64,000 bases of DNA from a virus. The position numbers and the translations under genes were made by a program. Shown here piece by piece: positions 1 through 6,872 of the stretch (positions within the stretch are counted from its first letter, which is position 1; every line of letters begins with the position of its first letter). The notes under the pieces were generated by a model. The model was not told the DNA's origin, made no database searches, and worked only from the letters and a program-made list of their open reading frames with translations. Location: the IMG/VR virus record IMGVR_UViG_3300029197_000003; one strand, written 5' to 3'.

Positions 1-740
1 CTATCGTCTTTGCCATTATCTTCGCTCAGAGAGATGCTTAGACGTGTTATGGCGTTTATCTTGATAATTCTTACATCGCCGCGTTTAACGTAGTCATGAA
101 CGCGCCAAATTTCACTTTTGGGCAGAACGCCCTCGGCTATGCCGTTCACTCCCATGCCAGAGACGCACAATTCCTTGCGCAACTCTTCGCTGTCTCTGAG
201 GATTCTCAGCGAAAACGAGAAATCGCTCGCAGCGTCGTATGCCTGCCGTTTGATGGCGAATGCTGGTATCGTCATCTTCCTCGCGCCATTCTCGCGTTCA
301 ATCTTTGCAATAACCTGGTCGCGTTGTGGAAGAAATTCTTTGTGGAAGGCAACGCCGATACGCCTTGCGCTGAAGGTCGTGTAGCTGTCGTCGTACATGC
401 CAGCGGCATAGCGTGAGAAAAACAGCATCAACTCTGTTAGCTTATACGCCGCCGCAACGTTTGCGAAGTTCTCGCTGAACACGGTGATAGCGTTAGCCAT
501 CGTTGCATCTCTGCTGCCAGAGGCAACGTACATGGCTGTGACTTGCGCCTGCACCCATGTAGCGGCGGCACCGCGTGTAGCGTAGAGGTCATCAAGAGCG
601 CCAAGCGCAGGACAGACACGAGTGTACGCGCCGTCACCAATGCGCGACAGGTGAGGCCAGTAGCTCGGTGAGTAGTTCGCGTACAACTCAGATAGGCAGG
701 GATTCTTCTTCGTCCATTGGACGGAGACGCCGTAGTGCAT
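1..740 (-). CDS. hypothetical protein, C-terminus cut by the window edge
   Basis: The minus-strand frame is open from the ATG at 738-740 (MHYGVSVQWTKKNPCLSELYANYSPSYWPHL...) down to position 1. It is missing from the ORF track because it has no stop in the window. The plus-strand ORFs 96-416 and 118-384 are its antisense shadows. I recognise no family. Confidence 0.5.
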   Translation of the reverse strand, partial: MHYGVSVQWTKKNPCLSELYANYSPSYWPHLSRIGDGAYTRVCPALGALDDLYATRGAAATWVQAQVTAMYVASGSRDATMANAITVFSENFANVAAAYKLTELMLFFSRYAAGMYDDSYTTFSARRIGVAFHKEFLPQRDQVIAKIERENGARKMTIPAFAIKRQAYDAASDFSFSLRILRDSEELRKELCVSGMGVNGIAEGVLPKSEIWRVHDYVKRGDVRIIKINAITRLSISLSEDNGKDD

Positions 741-1707
741 CCTCTCGCAAACGCTCAATGACCGCAGCGTTTGCTTCTCGTTTCTCGTCTGTAGCTGATT
801 TCCTGACATAGTTCTTTTCTTTTCGGTTCCACATTCCAAGTCGAAGATTAAGGCTCCACGTGCGTTCTAACTCGTAGCGCATCTGTGTTCCACTCTTATT
901 CGGCTCACTCCAGTAGTCGAAGAAGTTGCGCACCATCGCCTTTCCGTACATCTGCACATAGGGAACGAGTGAATTGTAAAACTCCACCCTACGCCCCTCC
1001 ATTAATTTTTTCTTCCGCTCTATCTCCTTCTTCAAATCCTTGGGCGCGTCCGAAGTCGCGCCAGCGACGGAGGAAAAAGAAACTTTGCTTTCTTTGGTTT
1101 TTCCACTCTCGCTAAGAGAGTGTTTTTCTTTCTTTCTTAGCGAAGGTTGGGGCGAAGCTTTTTCTTTTTCTTTATCTTTTTCTTTTATAGGGGGTGTGGG
1201 GGGAAGGTTTTCTTTTTCTCTTTCGTTTTCTTTTTGGATAAATGGCGGATTTTTTGGTGGATTTGGCGGTGAGGTGGGTTGTTTGTTATTTTCCGTGTTA
1301 CTTTGCGTGTTGAATTGTGTGTTATTTTGCGTGTTACTTCCGTGTTGACTTACATCTTCGCATGTAACGTAATCATCAAAGTTTAAGACAGTTATAATAG
1401 TAAATAAGCGTGTTACTTCTGTGTTAATCGCTGTGTTACTTTGCGTGTTACTCTGTGTGTCATTCTGCGTGTTGGAGGTAAATTTGCGCAATACGGTACG
1501 ATAGCTCTGTTTGCTTATCCCAATTCTTTTACAGGCTTCAGTTATGGATAACGCCAATTGGCCGCGTTGTAAGGCTCTTCCCTTATATATCGTCGGATGT
1601 TCCGCTGCATGGGTAACGAAGTATAAGAACACCTTAAATTCGTTCAGACTCTCGTAACGCCCAATATCAAACACATCCTTATTAATCGTTATCCACTCAT
1701 TGCTCAT
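688..1707 (-). CDS. replication-initiator-like DNA-binding protein with internal iterons
   Basis: 339 aa. The N-terminal region looks like a winged helix (GRALQRGQLALSITEACKRIGISKQSYRTVLRKF). Two NTQ(S/N) peptide-repeat linkers are encoded by 12-nt DNA iterons. A K/E/P-rich linker and a conserved-looking C-terminal domain follow. The position at the head of the recombination module and the lambda-O-like layout are inference. Confidence 0.5.
   Translation of the reverse strand: MSNEWITINKDVFDIGRYESLNEFKVFLYFVTHAAEHPTIYKGRALQRGQLALSITEACKRIGISKQSYRTVLRKFTSNTQNDTQSNTQSNTAINTEVTRLFTIITVLNFDDYVTCEDVSQHGSNTQNNTQFNTQSNTENNKQPTSPPNPPKNPPFIQKENEREKENLPPTPPIKEKDKEKEKASPQPSLRKKEKHSLSESGKTKESKVSFSSVAGATSDAPKDLKKEIERKKKLMEGRRVEFYNSLVPYVQMYGKAMVRNFFDYWSEPNKSGTQMRYELERTWSLNLRLGMWNRKEKNYVRKSATDEKREANAAVIERLREDALRRLRPMDEEESLPI
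1295..1346. repeat. iteron array A: five copies of a 12-nt unit with core GTGTT(A/G)
   Basis: GTGTT cores start at 1295, 1307, 1319, 1331 and 1342, a spacing of 12,12,12,11 nt. The array lies inside the CDS 688-1707. Confidence 0.7.
1410..1473. repeat. iteron array B: six copies of the same 12-nt unit
   Basis: GTGT(T/C) cores start at 1410, 1421, 1433, 1445, 1457 and 1469. An AT-rich spacer of about 60 bp (1347-1409) separates this array from array A. Confidence 0.7.
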
Positions 1708-1906
1708 TTTCTTTCGATTCTTGGTAATATCTCATCACGATTTTTCTCACGCCCTCACGTGTGAGGCTCATGCGCTCAGCGATAAGATTATGCTTGCTGT
1801 AATCCGATGCCTCTGGGTATTCCTCCGTCAGCTCTTCATACATCATGATAACATTCTTGCGGCGCTTTTCTGTCGCCTTGCGATATTTACTTTTTGGTAG
1901 TTTCAT
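1697..1906 (-). CDS. small HTH-like protein
   Basis: 69 aa. The segment ERMSLTREGVRKIVMRYY resembles a sigma region-4/HTH segment. It overlaps both neighbouring genes, which suggests translational coupling. Confidence 0.4.
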   Translation of the reverse strand: MKLPKSKYRKATEKRRKNVIMMYEELTEEYPEASDYSKHNLIAERMSLTREGVRKIVMRYYQESKENEQ

Positions 1907-2343
1907 TGTATCTTTAGTAGTTTTTCGGTTTCTTGCTTGTAGTACTTGTATAGTTCGTCAATCTCGAATTTTCCAAGTTTGCAGGTCTGCTGCGATTTGA
2001 CCTTCAGTAAGTCAAAACGCTGCTGGCCTATCTTCTTAATTAGGTTCTCTCTGTAGCCTTCAAGATGCTCGGCGTTGAATCTATTACAATAATTACATTC
2101 GCTATTGCAATTGTCTTCGTCATACCGTGTACTCATGTGCCTACGACTGAAATAATGGCCGCAATCTGCCATGCGGAATGGCTTCACTTGTCCACACGAG
2201 ATACACTTGAATGCTTTGAACCCAAAGGCTCGGCTGTCGCGCAATCGGATATACAACGAAAATATCTTGTCAAGGCGCTCTATCGCCGTCCTTGATGCCG
2301 TTTTCTTCCCTGCTGCTTTCTTCTTGATATAATAGGGCATCAC
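1903..2343 (-). CDS. ninG: NinG/Rap-like recombination endonuclease
   Basis: 146 aa. It has the LDKIFSLYIRLRD motif, then CxxCG...CGHYFSRR and NCNSECNYCN Cys/His clusters. This pattern is typical of lambda NinG-family proteins. Confidence 0.6.
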   Translation of the reverse strand: MMPYYIKKKAAGKKTASRTAIERLDKIFSLYIRLRDSRAFGFKAFKCISCGQVKPFRMADCGHYFSRRHMSTRYDEDNCNSECNYCNRFNAEHLEGYRENLIKKIGQQRFDLLKVKSQQTCKLGKFEIDELYKYYKQETEKLLKIQ

Positions 2344-2780
2344 ACGTATTCTTTATGCCGTTCTACTTCTATTTCCGCTAATTCAAGCAACCTATGTTCA
2401 TCGCTCGAAGGAATGTAGATGCCTGCATTCATAGCACAGAAATCGCGAAACCGCTCAATGGCAAGGCTCATTTCTTCGGTGGTGAGGTCGGCAGTGCTCC
2501 TTACGCGCTCGGTATATCCAAGAATACGGTCGTTAACAAGTTCGTAAAACAATTCTCTGTTGCATACTTCCTTAAAGAACTTCTCCTTGACATACTCCAT
2601 ACTCTCGCCGTATTGCGAAGCGAAATAGGAGAGGATAACGTGAAGGTAACGATTCTGCGGCAGTGAGCGCTGCCGCTTCTTAGTCGTAAACTCTACGATA
2701 CCTTCACGCTTCTCAACGGCCTTCCTCACGTGCTCCATAAGGCGCTCTCTGTCCGACTGGTTACTCAAATCGTATTTCAT
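2340..2780 (-). CDS. ninB: NinB/Orf-like recombination mediator
   Basis: 146 aa. RSLPQNRYLHVILSYFA aligns by eye with lambda NinB RSLDQNRKLWACLGDVS. RSTADLTTEEMSLAIERFRDF aligns with STSRMRVGEFAELLELIQAF. Confidence 0.6.
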   Translation of the reverse strand: MKYDLSNQSDRERLMEHVRKAVEKREGIVEFTTKKRQRSLPQNRYLHVILSYFASQYGESMEYVKEKFFKEVCNRELFYELVNDRILGYTERVRSTADLTTEEMSLAIERFRDFCAMNAGIYIPSSDEHRLLELAEIEVERHKEYV

Positions 2781-2782
2781 TG

Positions 2783-3247
2783 TCAGAAGGGCAAATCGTC
2801 TTCGTTTCGTCCGCCGTACAGGTTATTGCCGCCGACAAACTCTTGTGACAATACTGTTTGCTGTGATTGTGCGCCCTGCTGCGACGGTGGTGCAAATGTC
2901 GGCTGCTGTGAAGGCTGCTGGCCCTCCTGCTTGCCGCCAAGTAGTTCAATCTCTCTCACGTTGAGGTCAAGGCCTGCAATAGCCTTGCCCTGGTTATCAA
3001 CTCACGCATGGCAGGAGATTCGCCCTGTCACGCATACCTTTGTCCCCTTGGTGAGGTATGGTGCAATGCCCGACGTATTTCCATTCATGATGCAGTCAAC
3101 GAATTGCACGTCTTCGCGTTTCGTGCCATCCTTGGCCTTCCATTTGCGATTCACGGCAACGGTAAATGTCGTGAACGGATTGCCGCCGTTCACTTGCTTT
3201 GTCTCGGCCGTCTTGGTGAGATTGCCGATGAAAATAGATTGATTCAT
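2783..3247 (-). pseudogene. ssb: single-stranded DNA-binding protein interrupted by one in-frame TGA at 3002-3004
   Basis: The N-terminal OB-fold part is MNQSIFIGNLTKTAETK...GRISCHA, followed by TGA. The same frame continues VDNQGKAIAGLDLNVREIELLGGKQ...NEDDLPF, ending in the canonical SSB C-terminal tip, then TGA at 2783-2785. The internal TGA aligns with Trp88 of E. coli SSB (GQLRTRKW-TDQSGQ against GRISCHA*-VDNQGK). Confidence 0.8.
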
Positions 3248-3525
3248 TTTTCTTTCTTTTTTAGTAACTTGTTAATATCTTTGACGGAATAGAGGATATT
3301 CCGTCCAACTTGTGATACCTTCAACTTGTAGACCTCGCGCCATCTGCTCAAAGTGTGAGCAGATACCTTTAGTAGTCTGCATGCCTCGTCGGTACTCATC
3401 CATCCGTCAGGTTCTTCGCGTTCCTGCATGATGGTTTCGATTCTGCTGATAACGTCAACCATGCGTTTCCATTCCTGCTGCGGAACAAGAACGAAAGCCG
3501 CGCCGTTCTGTAATATCTCGTTCAT
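3244..3525 (-). CDS. excisionase/MerR-type HTH protein
   Basis: 93 aa. WMSTDEACRLLKVSAHTLSRWREVYKLKVSQVGRNILYSVKDI matches the HTH_17/excisionase pattern. Confidence 0.55.
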   Translation of the reverse strand: MNEILQNGAAFVLVPQQEWKRMVDVISRIETIMQEREEPDGWMSTDEACRLLKVSAHTLSRWREVYKLKVSQVGRNILYSVKDINKLLKKKEK

Positions 3526-4442
3526 TTGATTTTTACGATTACGGATGAAGGCGTTTTGCTCTTCACCATGTATTTTTCATACATATCTGGATGGTCGGCC
3601 TTGAATGCCTTGCTGTCAAAGCTTGCTCGTTCTCCTTCGCATTTTCGTGTAATACTGATTTTCTGGCCGTCATATTTTTTGATATTGTTCGCGACCATGA
3701 TTGCTAAGATGCCGTCTTTGAGTTTATCATATTGCGCCTTGCAAAACTCCATCGCCTCTTTATATTCGATGATGGCAGCCTCTGCGCGGTTGATGTCTGG
3801 CATCATTTCTTCGTCAACGGTGGTAACTGGCAACGCTTCTTCAGTGTAAAGTAACTTCTTGACATCTTCGATTGATTTCCGCTCCACTTCCACAACCTTG
3901 TATTTATCTTCCCTGAACCATAAAGCATAGAGCTTTTTGACCTCTATGTTTGGATTTATCAGGTTAAAGAAATAAGCATAGATAGATAGTTGCCAACTCA
4001 CGTATTCCTCATTAAGATGGTAAGTAGTCTTCACGTCACCGAGAATAACGCCATCATCTTCTACATAAACCTTATCTATTGCAGAGGCATATTTTTCGCC
4101 ATCCGTGATAAGATATTCGCTTTGCAGATGATTAGCAAGGAAAGGAAATTCTGTCTGCGCCTTCATGTAGTTTTGAAGTTCCATGCAATCATCTGTTTCA
4201 ATTCCGACTTTGTCGTACAATTCAAGAACATGATGAATCCTCGTGCCTCTTGTCGCGGCACGTTGCAACACATCTTCGGGAACATCTTTATACTCATCTG
4301 GGAAGGCTCGTTCTTTGAGCCTTCCCGTGATTCCTTGCAACACTTCTCCATCTTTGGTGCAATAGGTGTGGCTTTCTGCATCAAACAGGATTCCGCTGTC
4401 ATTCAGTTTTATCTTCTTCATCGTCTTCATTATCGCCTTCAT
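3522..4442 (-). CDS. PD-(D/E)XK (RecB/Cas4-like) exonuclease, partner of ERF
   Basis: 306 aa. It has GTRIHHVLE and then AIDKVYVEDDGVILGDVKTT, a D...D-x-K nuclease core. It lies directly downstream of the annealase gene. Confidence 0.65.
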   Translation of the reverse strand: MKAIMKTMKKIKLNDSGILFDAESHTYCTKDGEVLQGITGRLKERAFPDEYKDVPEDVLQRAATRGTRIHHVLELYDKVGIETDDCMELQNYMKAQTEFPFLANHLQSEYLITDGEKYASAIDKVYVEDDGVILGDVKTTYHLNEEYVSWQLSIYAYFFNLINPNIEVKKLYALWFREDKYKVVEVERKSIEDVKKLLYTEEALPVTTVDEEMMPDINRAEAAIIEYKEAMEFCKAQYDKLKDGILAIMVANNIKKYDGQKISITRKCEGERASFDSKAFKADHPDMYEKYMVKSKTPSSVIVKIK

Positions 4443-4536
4443 ATTTATTTGCTATGTGTTGTGCATATTCGAGAAAAACTATAAACGCTAACGCAAAGGC
4501 CAGCAAAAAGAGAGAACAACAAATAACTTTTATCAT
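4399..4536 (-). CDS. 45-aa small membrane peptide, below the ORF-track size cutoff
   Basis: The product is MIKVICCSLFLLAFALAFIVFLEYAQHIANKYEGDNEDDEEDKTE. Its ATG overlaps the erf stop as ATGA. It has one hydrophobic helix and an acidic tail. Confidence 0.35.
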   Translation of the reverse strand: MIKVICCSLFLLAFALAFIVFLEYAQHIANKYEGDNEDDEEDKTE

Positions 4537-5171
4537 TTCGGGTATTTTTTAGATGCTTCTTGCACGGCCTCGCTAAATCGCGGATTGGATTGCAAGTCTT
4601 TATTCTCATTCCAAATCGTTGTGAGCGTTTTCCTGCTTCTCGCATGGCTTATATCTTGCAGGAGCAACATCAAGCGCTCCTCATCGACCTGCGGTGCTTG
4701 CTGTTTCACTTGCTTTGGCTTGGCCTGGCTCACCGTTGCAGTTGTACTCTGTTGTGCAGCTTGCACCTGCTGCGCGTATTCTGTCGTGTCTGCATCTTTT
4801 GTGTCGTCAATAGCAAAGAGATTACCAAGCGCATATTTCTTGGCATAACTCATTGCAGCACCTGTTATCTGCGAATCATCCATGCCTTTTTTCGTTTCTT
4901 CCTCGCGTGCCATTCCGCTTGCACTTTCACTTGTTTTTCCGTCAGAAATGGTGACCGTGCATTCTACATAGATGCGATTTAGATGTTCGCTGATTTTCGA
5001 TTCCGTCACCAGCGTCAAACCCATTTCGCGAAGAAAGGGTTTTGTCGCGGCCAATATGCTTTCTGCGCTTCTATAACGATAGTTACCAAACTTGTTATAC
5101 AAGTCCTTCGGCGCTTCTAACTTTGTCTGAATCAGATTCAGTTTTTCGTGTAATGTCATTTTATTTTCCAT
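4533..5171 (-). CDS. erf: ERF-family single-strand annealing protein
   Basis: The start is taken at MENKMTLHEKLNLIQ, just after a terminator. KFGNYRYRSAESILAATKPFL and SYAKKYALGNLFAIDD are ERF-like motifs. The 18 codons upstream in the ORF-track call overlap that terminator hairpin. Confidence 0.75.
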   Translation of the reverse strand: MENKMTLHEKLNLIQTKLEAPKDLYNKFGNYRYRSAESILAATKPFLREMGLTLVTESKISEHLNRIYVECTVTISDGKTSESASGMAREEETKKGMDDSQITGAAMSYAKKYALGNLFAIDDTKDADTTEYAQQVQAAQQSTTATVSQAKPKQVKQQAPQVDEERLMLLLQDISHARSRKTLTTIWNENKDLQSNPRFSEAVQEASKKYPK

Positions 5172-5183
5172 TGTGTTTGAATT

Positions 5184-5222
5184 TAAAAAGCAAAGCCGTC
5201 CGTACTTGCAGGTACGAACGGC
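5184..5222 (-). terminator. intrinsic terminator
   Basis: On the minus strand the RNA reads GCCGUUCGUAC-CUGCAA-GUACGGACGGC followed by UUUGCUUUUU. Confidence 0.7.
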
Positions 5223-5370
5223 CACCTTAGTATGAATTATGAGTATGAAAAGCGGAAGAACTAATTATCCCAATCCGTTGCGACCGCCCCTGTTAACTAT
5301 AGTCTCCTACCATTAACAAGTTGAATATTTGATAGAAACATCTTTCTTATATATAGCAAAAACGTAGTTG

Positions 5371-5607
5371 TCAAAGATTTCCATTAATAAGCGAATCTAC
5401 CTCTGGTATTTCGTGTTTATCGCTCCAATGAGAAATCAGAATCATCGTGACGTAGATAAGCAAGCATGCAGCTGCTTTTGTCAGCACCAAAAAGGCAATA
5501 AACCTCAGAGTGCTCCAACTATCGTCTGGCATAGCAATAAACAATATTGCCGCCATAAAGCTAACGGCAAAGAGAACGTAATATCTGTAGTTTGTTAATG
5601 CTTTCAT
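5371..5607 (-). CDS. small membrane protein, 2 predicted TM helices
   Basis: 78 aa with two hydrophobic stretches, YYVLFAVSFMAAILFIAM and FIAFLVLTKAAACLLIYVTMILI. Confidence 0.45.
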   Translation of the reverse strand: MKALTNYRYYVLFAVSFMAAILFIAMPDDSWSTLRFIAFLVLTKAAACLLIYVTMILISHWSDKHEIPEVDSLINGNL

Positions 5608-5619
5608 GATTGTAATTTT

Positions 5620-5973
5620 TTATTCTGCTTCGCTATTTCCTAATCTACTTGAACCATACAACCATCGTCTTACTGGTCTGAGAACCATTATAGCGGGATG
5701 GGTATCACAGCTTACATCACTTTCAAATACAAAGATTATTTCGCCAAACATGCCGTTTTCTCGCTTTAAACGAATATCTCTGCACCGCTTAATCGATGCG
5801 TTGATTTCATTAAGCCGTTTATTAAGGTCGGCAATTAGAACCTCTGGCGTATATTCTTCGTCGAACTCTATAAGACAATTCTTGTAGCTTTTAAGGTACT
5901 CGGCAAGTACCTCTTCTTTCATGTTTCTTCTATTACAAGAGACTGAAACAACAAAATAGTATTCCTTCTTCAT
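5620..5973 (-). CDS. hypothetical protein
   Basis: 117-aa ORF. Its start lies 17 nt downstream of the 3' end of tRNA-like element 1. Confidence 0.45.
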   Translation of the reverse strand: MKKEYYFVVSVSCNRRNMKEEVLAEYLKSYKNCLIEFDEEYTPEVLIADLNKRLNEINASIKRCRDIRLKRENGMFGEIIFVFESDVSCDTHPAIMVLRPVRRWLYGSSRLGNSEAE

Positions 5974-5990
5974 AATATGTTTTTATTGGT

Positions 5991-6097
5991 TGGTGCAGGT
6001 GAGAGGAATCGAACCTCTTATCTCACATATTCTATTTAATCAAATCATAACAACTATGGAACTTCCAAAAGTATGAGACCCAGTCTCAATCACCTGC
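5991..6097 (-). ncRNA. tRNA-like element 1, non-canonical, 107 nt with encoded CCA
   Basis: The minus-strand RNA has a perfect 7-bp acceptor stem (GCAGGTG/CACCTGC), discriminator A and CCA. The D-arm is TGAG-ACTGGGT-CTCA and includes GG. The T-arm is AGAGG-TTCGATT-CCTCT. About 55 nt lie between the D-arm and T-arm, and I could not fold a 5-bp/7-nt anticodon arm there. Confidence 0.35.
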
Positions 6098-6101
6098 GTG
6101 T

Positions 6102-6202
6102 AGCTCGCTGCGGAAATCTTCTCACCCATAACTTTTCACAGATTCACAGTTTCATTTGCGATGCAACGCTTTGCACCTCGTGAAAAGAACCGCAGCGAGC
6201 TT
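6102..6202 (-). ncRNA. structured RNA candidate closed by a 12-bp long-range inverted repeat
   Basis: AGCTCGCTGCGG (6102-6113) pairs with CCGCAGCGAGCT (6191-6202). Nested inside are CTTTTCAC/GTGAAAAG and TGCAA-AGCG-TTGCA helices. The element sits directly 5' of tRNA-like element 1 on the transcript. Confidence 0.3.
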
Positions 6203-6205
6203 ATA

Positions 6206-6553
6206 TCAATAAAGGAAATCGTACATCAGCGATTGTTCATGCTCCTCGTACAATTTTGCCTCCTTTTCAAGTTTTTCATACGCCTCTCGTTTGAGAGTTG
6301 CGTATAGCCCTGAATATTCGTTTAGGATAAGGATTTTCAATTTCACGTCCTCCACATCTTCTTCTACGTTGTAGACGGAACAATCGCTGCATTGCCAATC
6401 TTCATCAACGATTAATTCGACTTCGTAATTCTTCTTGCCAATCTCCATGTAGAAGTTGGCAGTGAGATAACCGCGTGTGCGGCAGATACACTGCTCTTCT
6501 GCATCCTGCATCAGCAATTCTCTTATCTCAGCAATTCTCTTAATCTTATTCAT
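6206..6553 (-). CDS. hypothetical protein
   Basis: 115-aa acidic ORF. Its start lies 20 nt downstream of tRNA-like element 2. Confidence 0.5.
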   Translation of the reverse strand: MNKIKRIAEIRELLMQDAEEQCICRTRGYLTANFYMEIGKKNYEVELIVDEDWQCSDCSVYNVEEDVEDVKLKILILNEYSGLYATLKREAYEKLEKEAKLYEEHEQSLMYDFLY

Positions 6554-6572
6554 ACAACAAGGTTTTAATTAG

Positions 6573-6656
6573 CTCAGATAGGTGGACTTGAACCACCTGT
6601 GCCGCCAAGTCCAAACGCAAACGAAAGGTGCCAGCTATCGGCATATCTGTCTGAGG
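6573..6656 (-). ncRNA. tRNA-like element 2, non-canonical
   Basis: The T-arm is GGTGG-TTCAAGT-CCACC. The 3' strand TATCTGAG can pair with CAGATA or CTCAGA at the 5' side. A central TGCCG...CGGCA helix encloses about 33 nt. I found no canonical anticodon arm. Confidence 0.3.
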
Positions 6657-6678
6657 AGGATATAAAGAATTTATGTAG

Positions 6679-6775
6679 TAGTTACATGATAGTTACATAA
6701 CTTCTCGTGGCAGCTCACGCGGTATGGATGATGCCGAACCTCATCCGTTTACAACTTCACGACATAGATAGTTAC
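6679..6775. repeat. three copies of TAGTTAC(A/T)
   Basis: TAGTTACAT occurs at 6679-6687 and 6690-6698, an 11-nt period. TAGTTACT occurs at 6769-6776. The palindromes CGTGGCAGCTCACG and TCACGTGA lie nearby. Confidence 0.5.
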
Positions 6776-6872
6776 TATCACGTGATGCCACTTTTTCGGG
6801 GATTTGGGCCTTGCTACTTCAATTTCACTTCCGTACCCCTTTGCCAATAAGTCAAAGAACACTTTTCGCTTG

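Noticed and set aside
96-640. ORFs 96-416 (+), 118-384 (+) and 437-640 (-) as genes.
   Set aside because: They overlap a longer, protein-like minus-strand frame that runs from 740 off the left edge of the window.
1040-1260. The polypyrimidine/polypurine tract (CTTTTTCTTTTTC...) as a non-coding repeat or regulatory element.
   Set aside because: It lies in frame within the initiator-like CDS and encodes a K/E/P-rich linker (KEKDKEKEK...PPNPPKNPP). It has no fixed period, unlike the 12-nt iterons downstream.
2950-3004. Selenocysteine insertion at the ssb TGA, directed by the downstream hairpin acting as a SECIS-like element.
   Set aside because: The position aligns with a conserved aromatic DNA-stacking residue, not a redox Cys or Sec site. 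The hairpin is only 6 bp and has no recognisable SECIS loop features. No selA/selB/selC-like genes are visible.
2783-3247. Genome-wide TGA-to-Trp recoding (genetic code 4 style), as an explanation for the in-frame TGA in ssb.
   Set aside because: The same gene ends with TGA directly after the invariant C-terminal DDLPF. Reading through that stop would destroy the conserved tip. The erf stop is TGA followed immediately by TAA. Many genes rely on ATGA stop/start overlaps. The 6,612-codon ORF contains no in-frame TGA at all. One TGA at a Trp codon is equally explained by a TGG-to-TGA transition.
4445-4645. ORF 4445-4645 (-) as a gene.
   Set aside because: It overlaps the erf C-terminus out of frame. 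The gap is better explained by the 45-aa ATGA-coupled membrane peptide at 4399-4536.
5991-6097. tRNA-like element 1 as a canonical tRNA, or as a tRNA-Sec because of the 8-bp acceptor option and the 6-bp D-stem option.
   Set aside because: I checked every 5-bp/7-nt window in the 55-nt central region and found no acceptable anticodon arm. There is no UCA-containing loop. The acceptor and T stack sums to 12 bp, not the 13 bp of bacterial tRNA-Sec. I kept it only as a non-canonical tRNA-like element.
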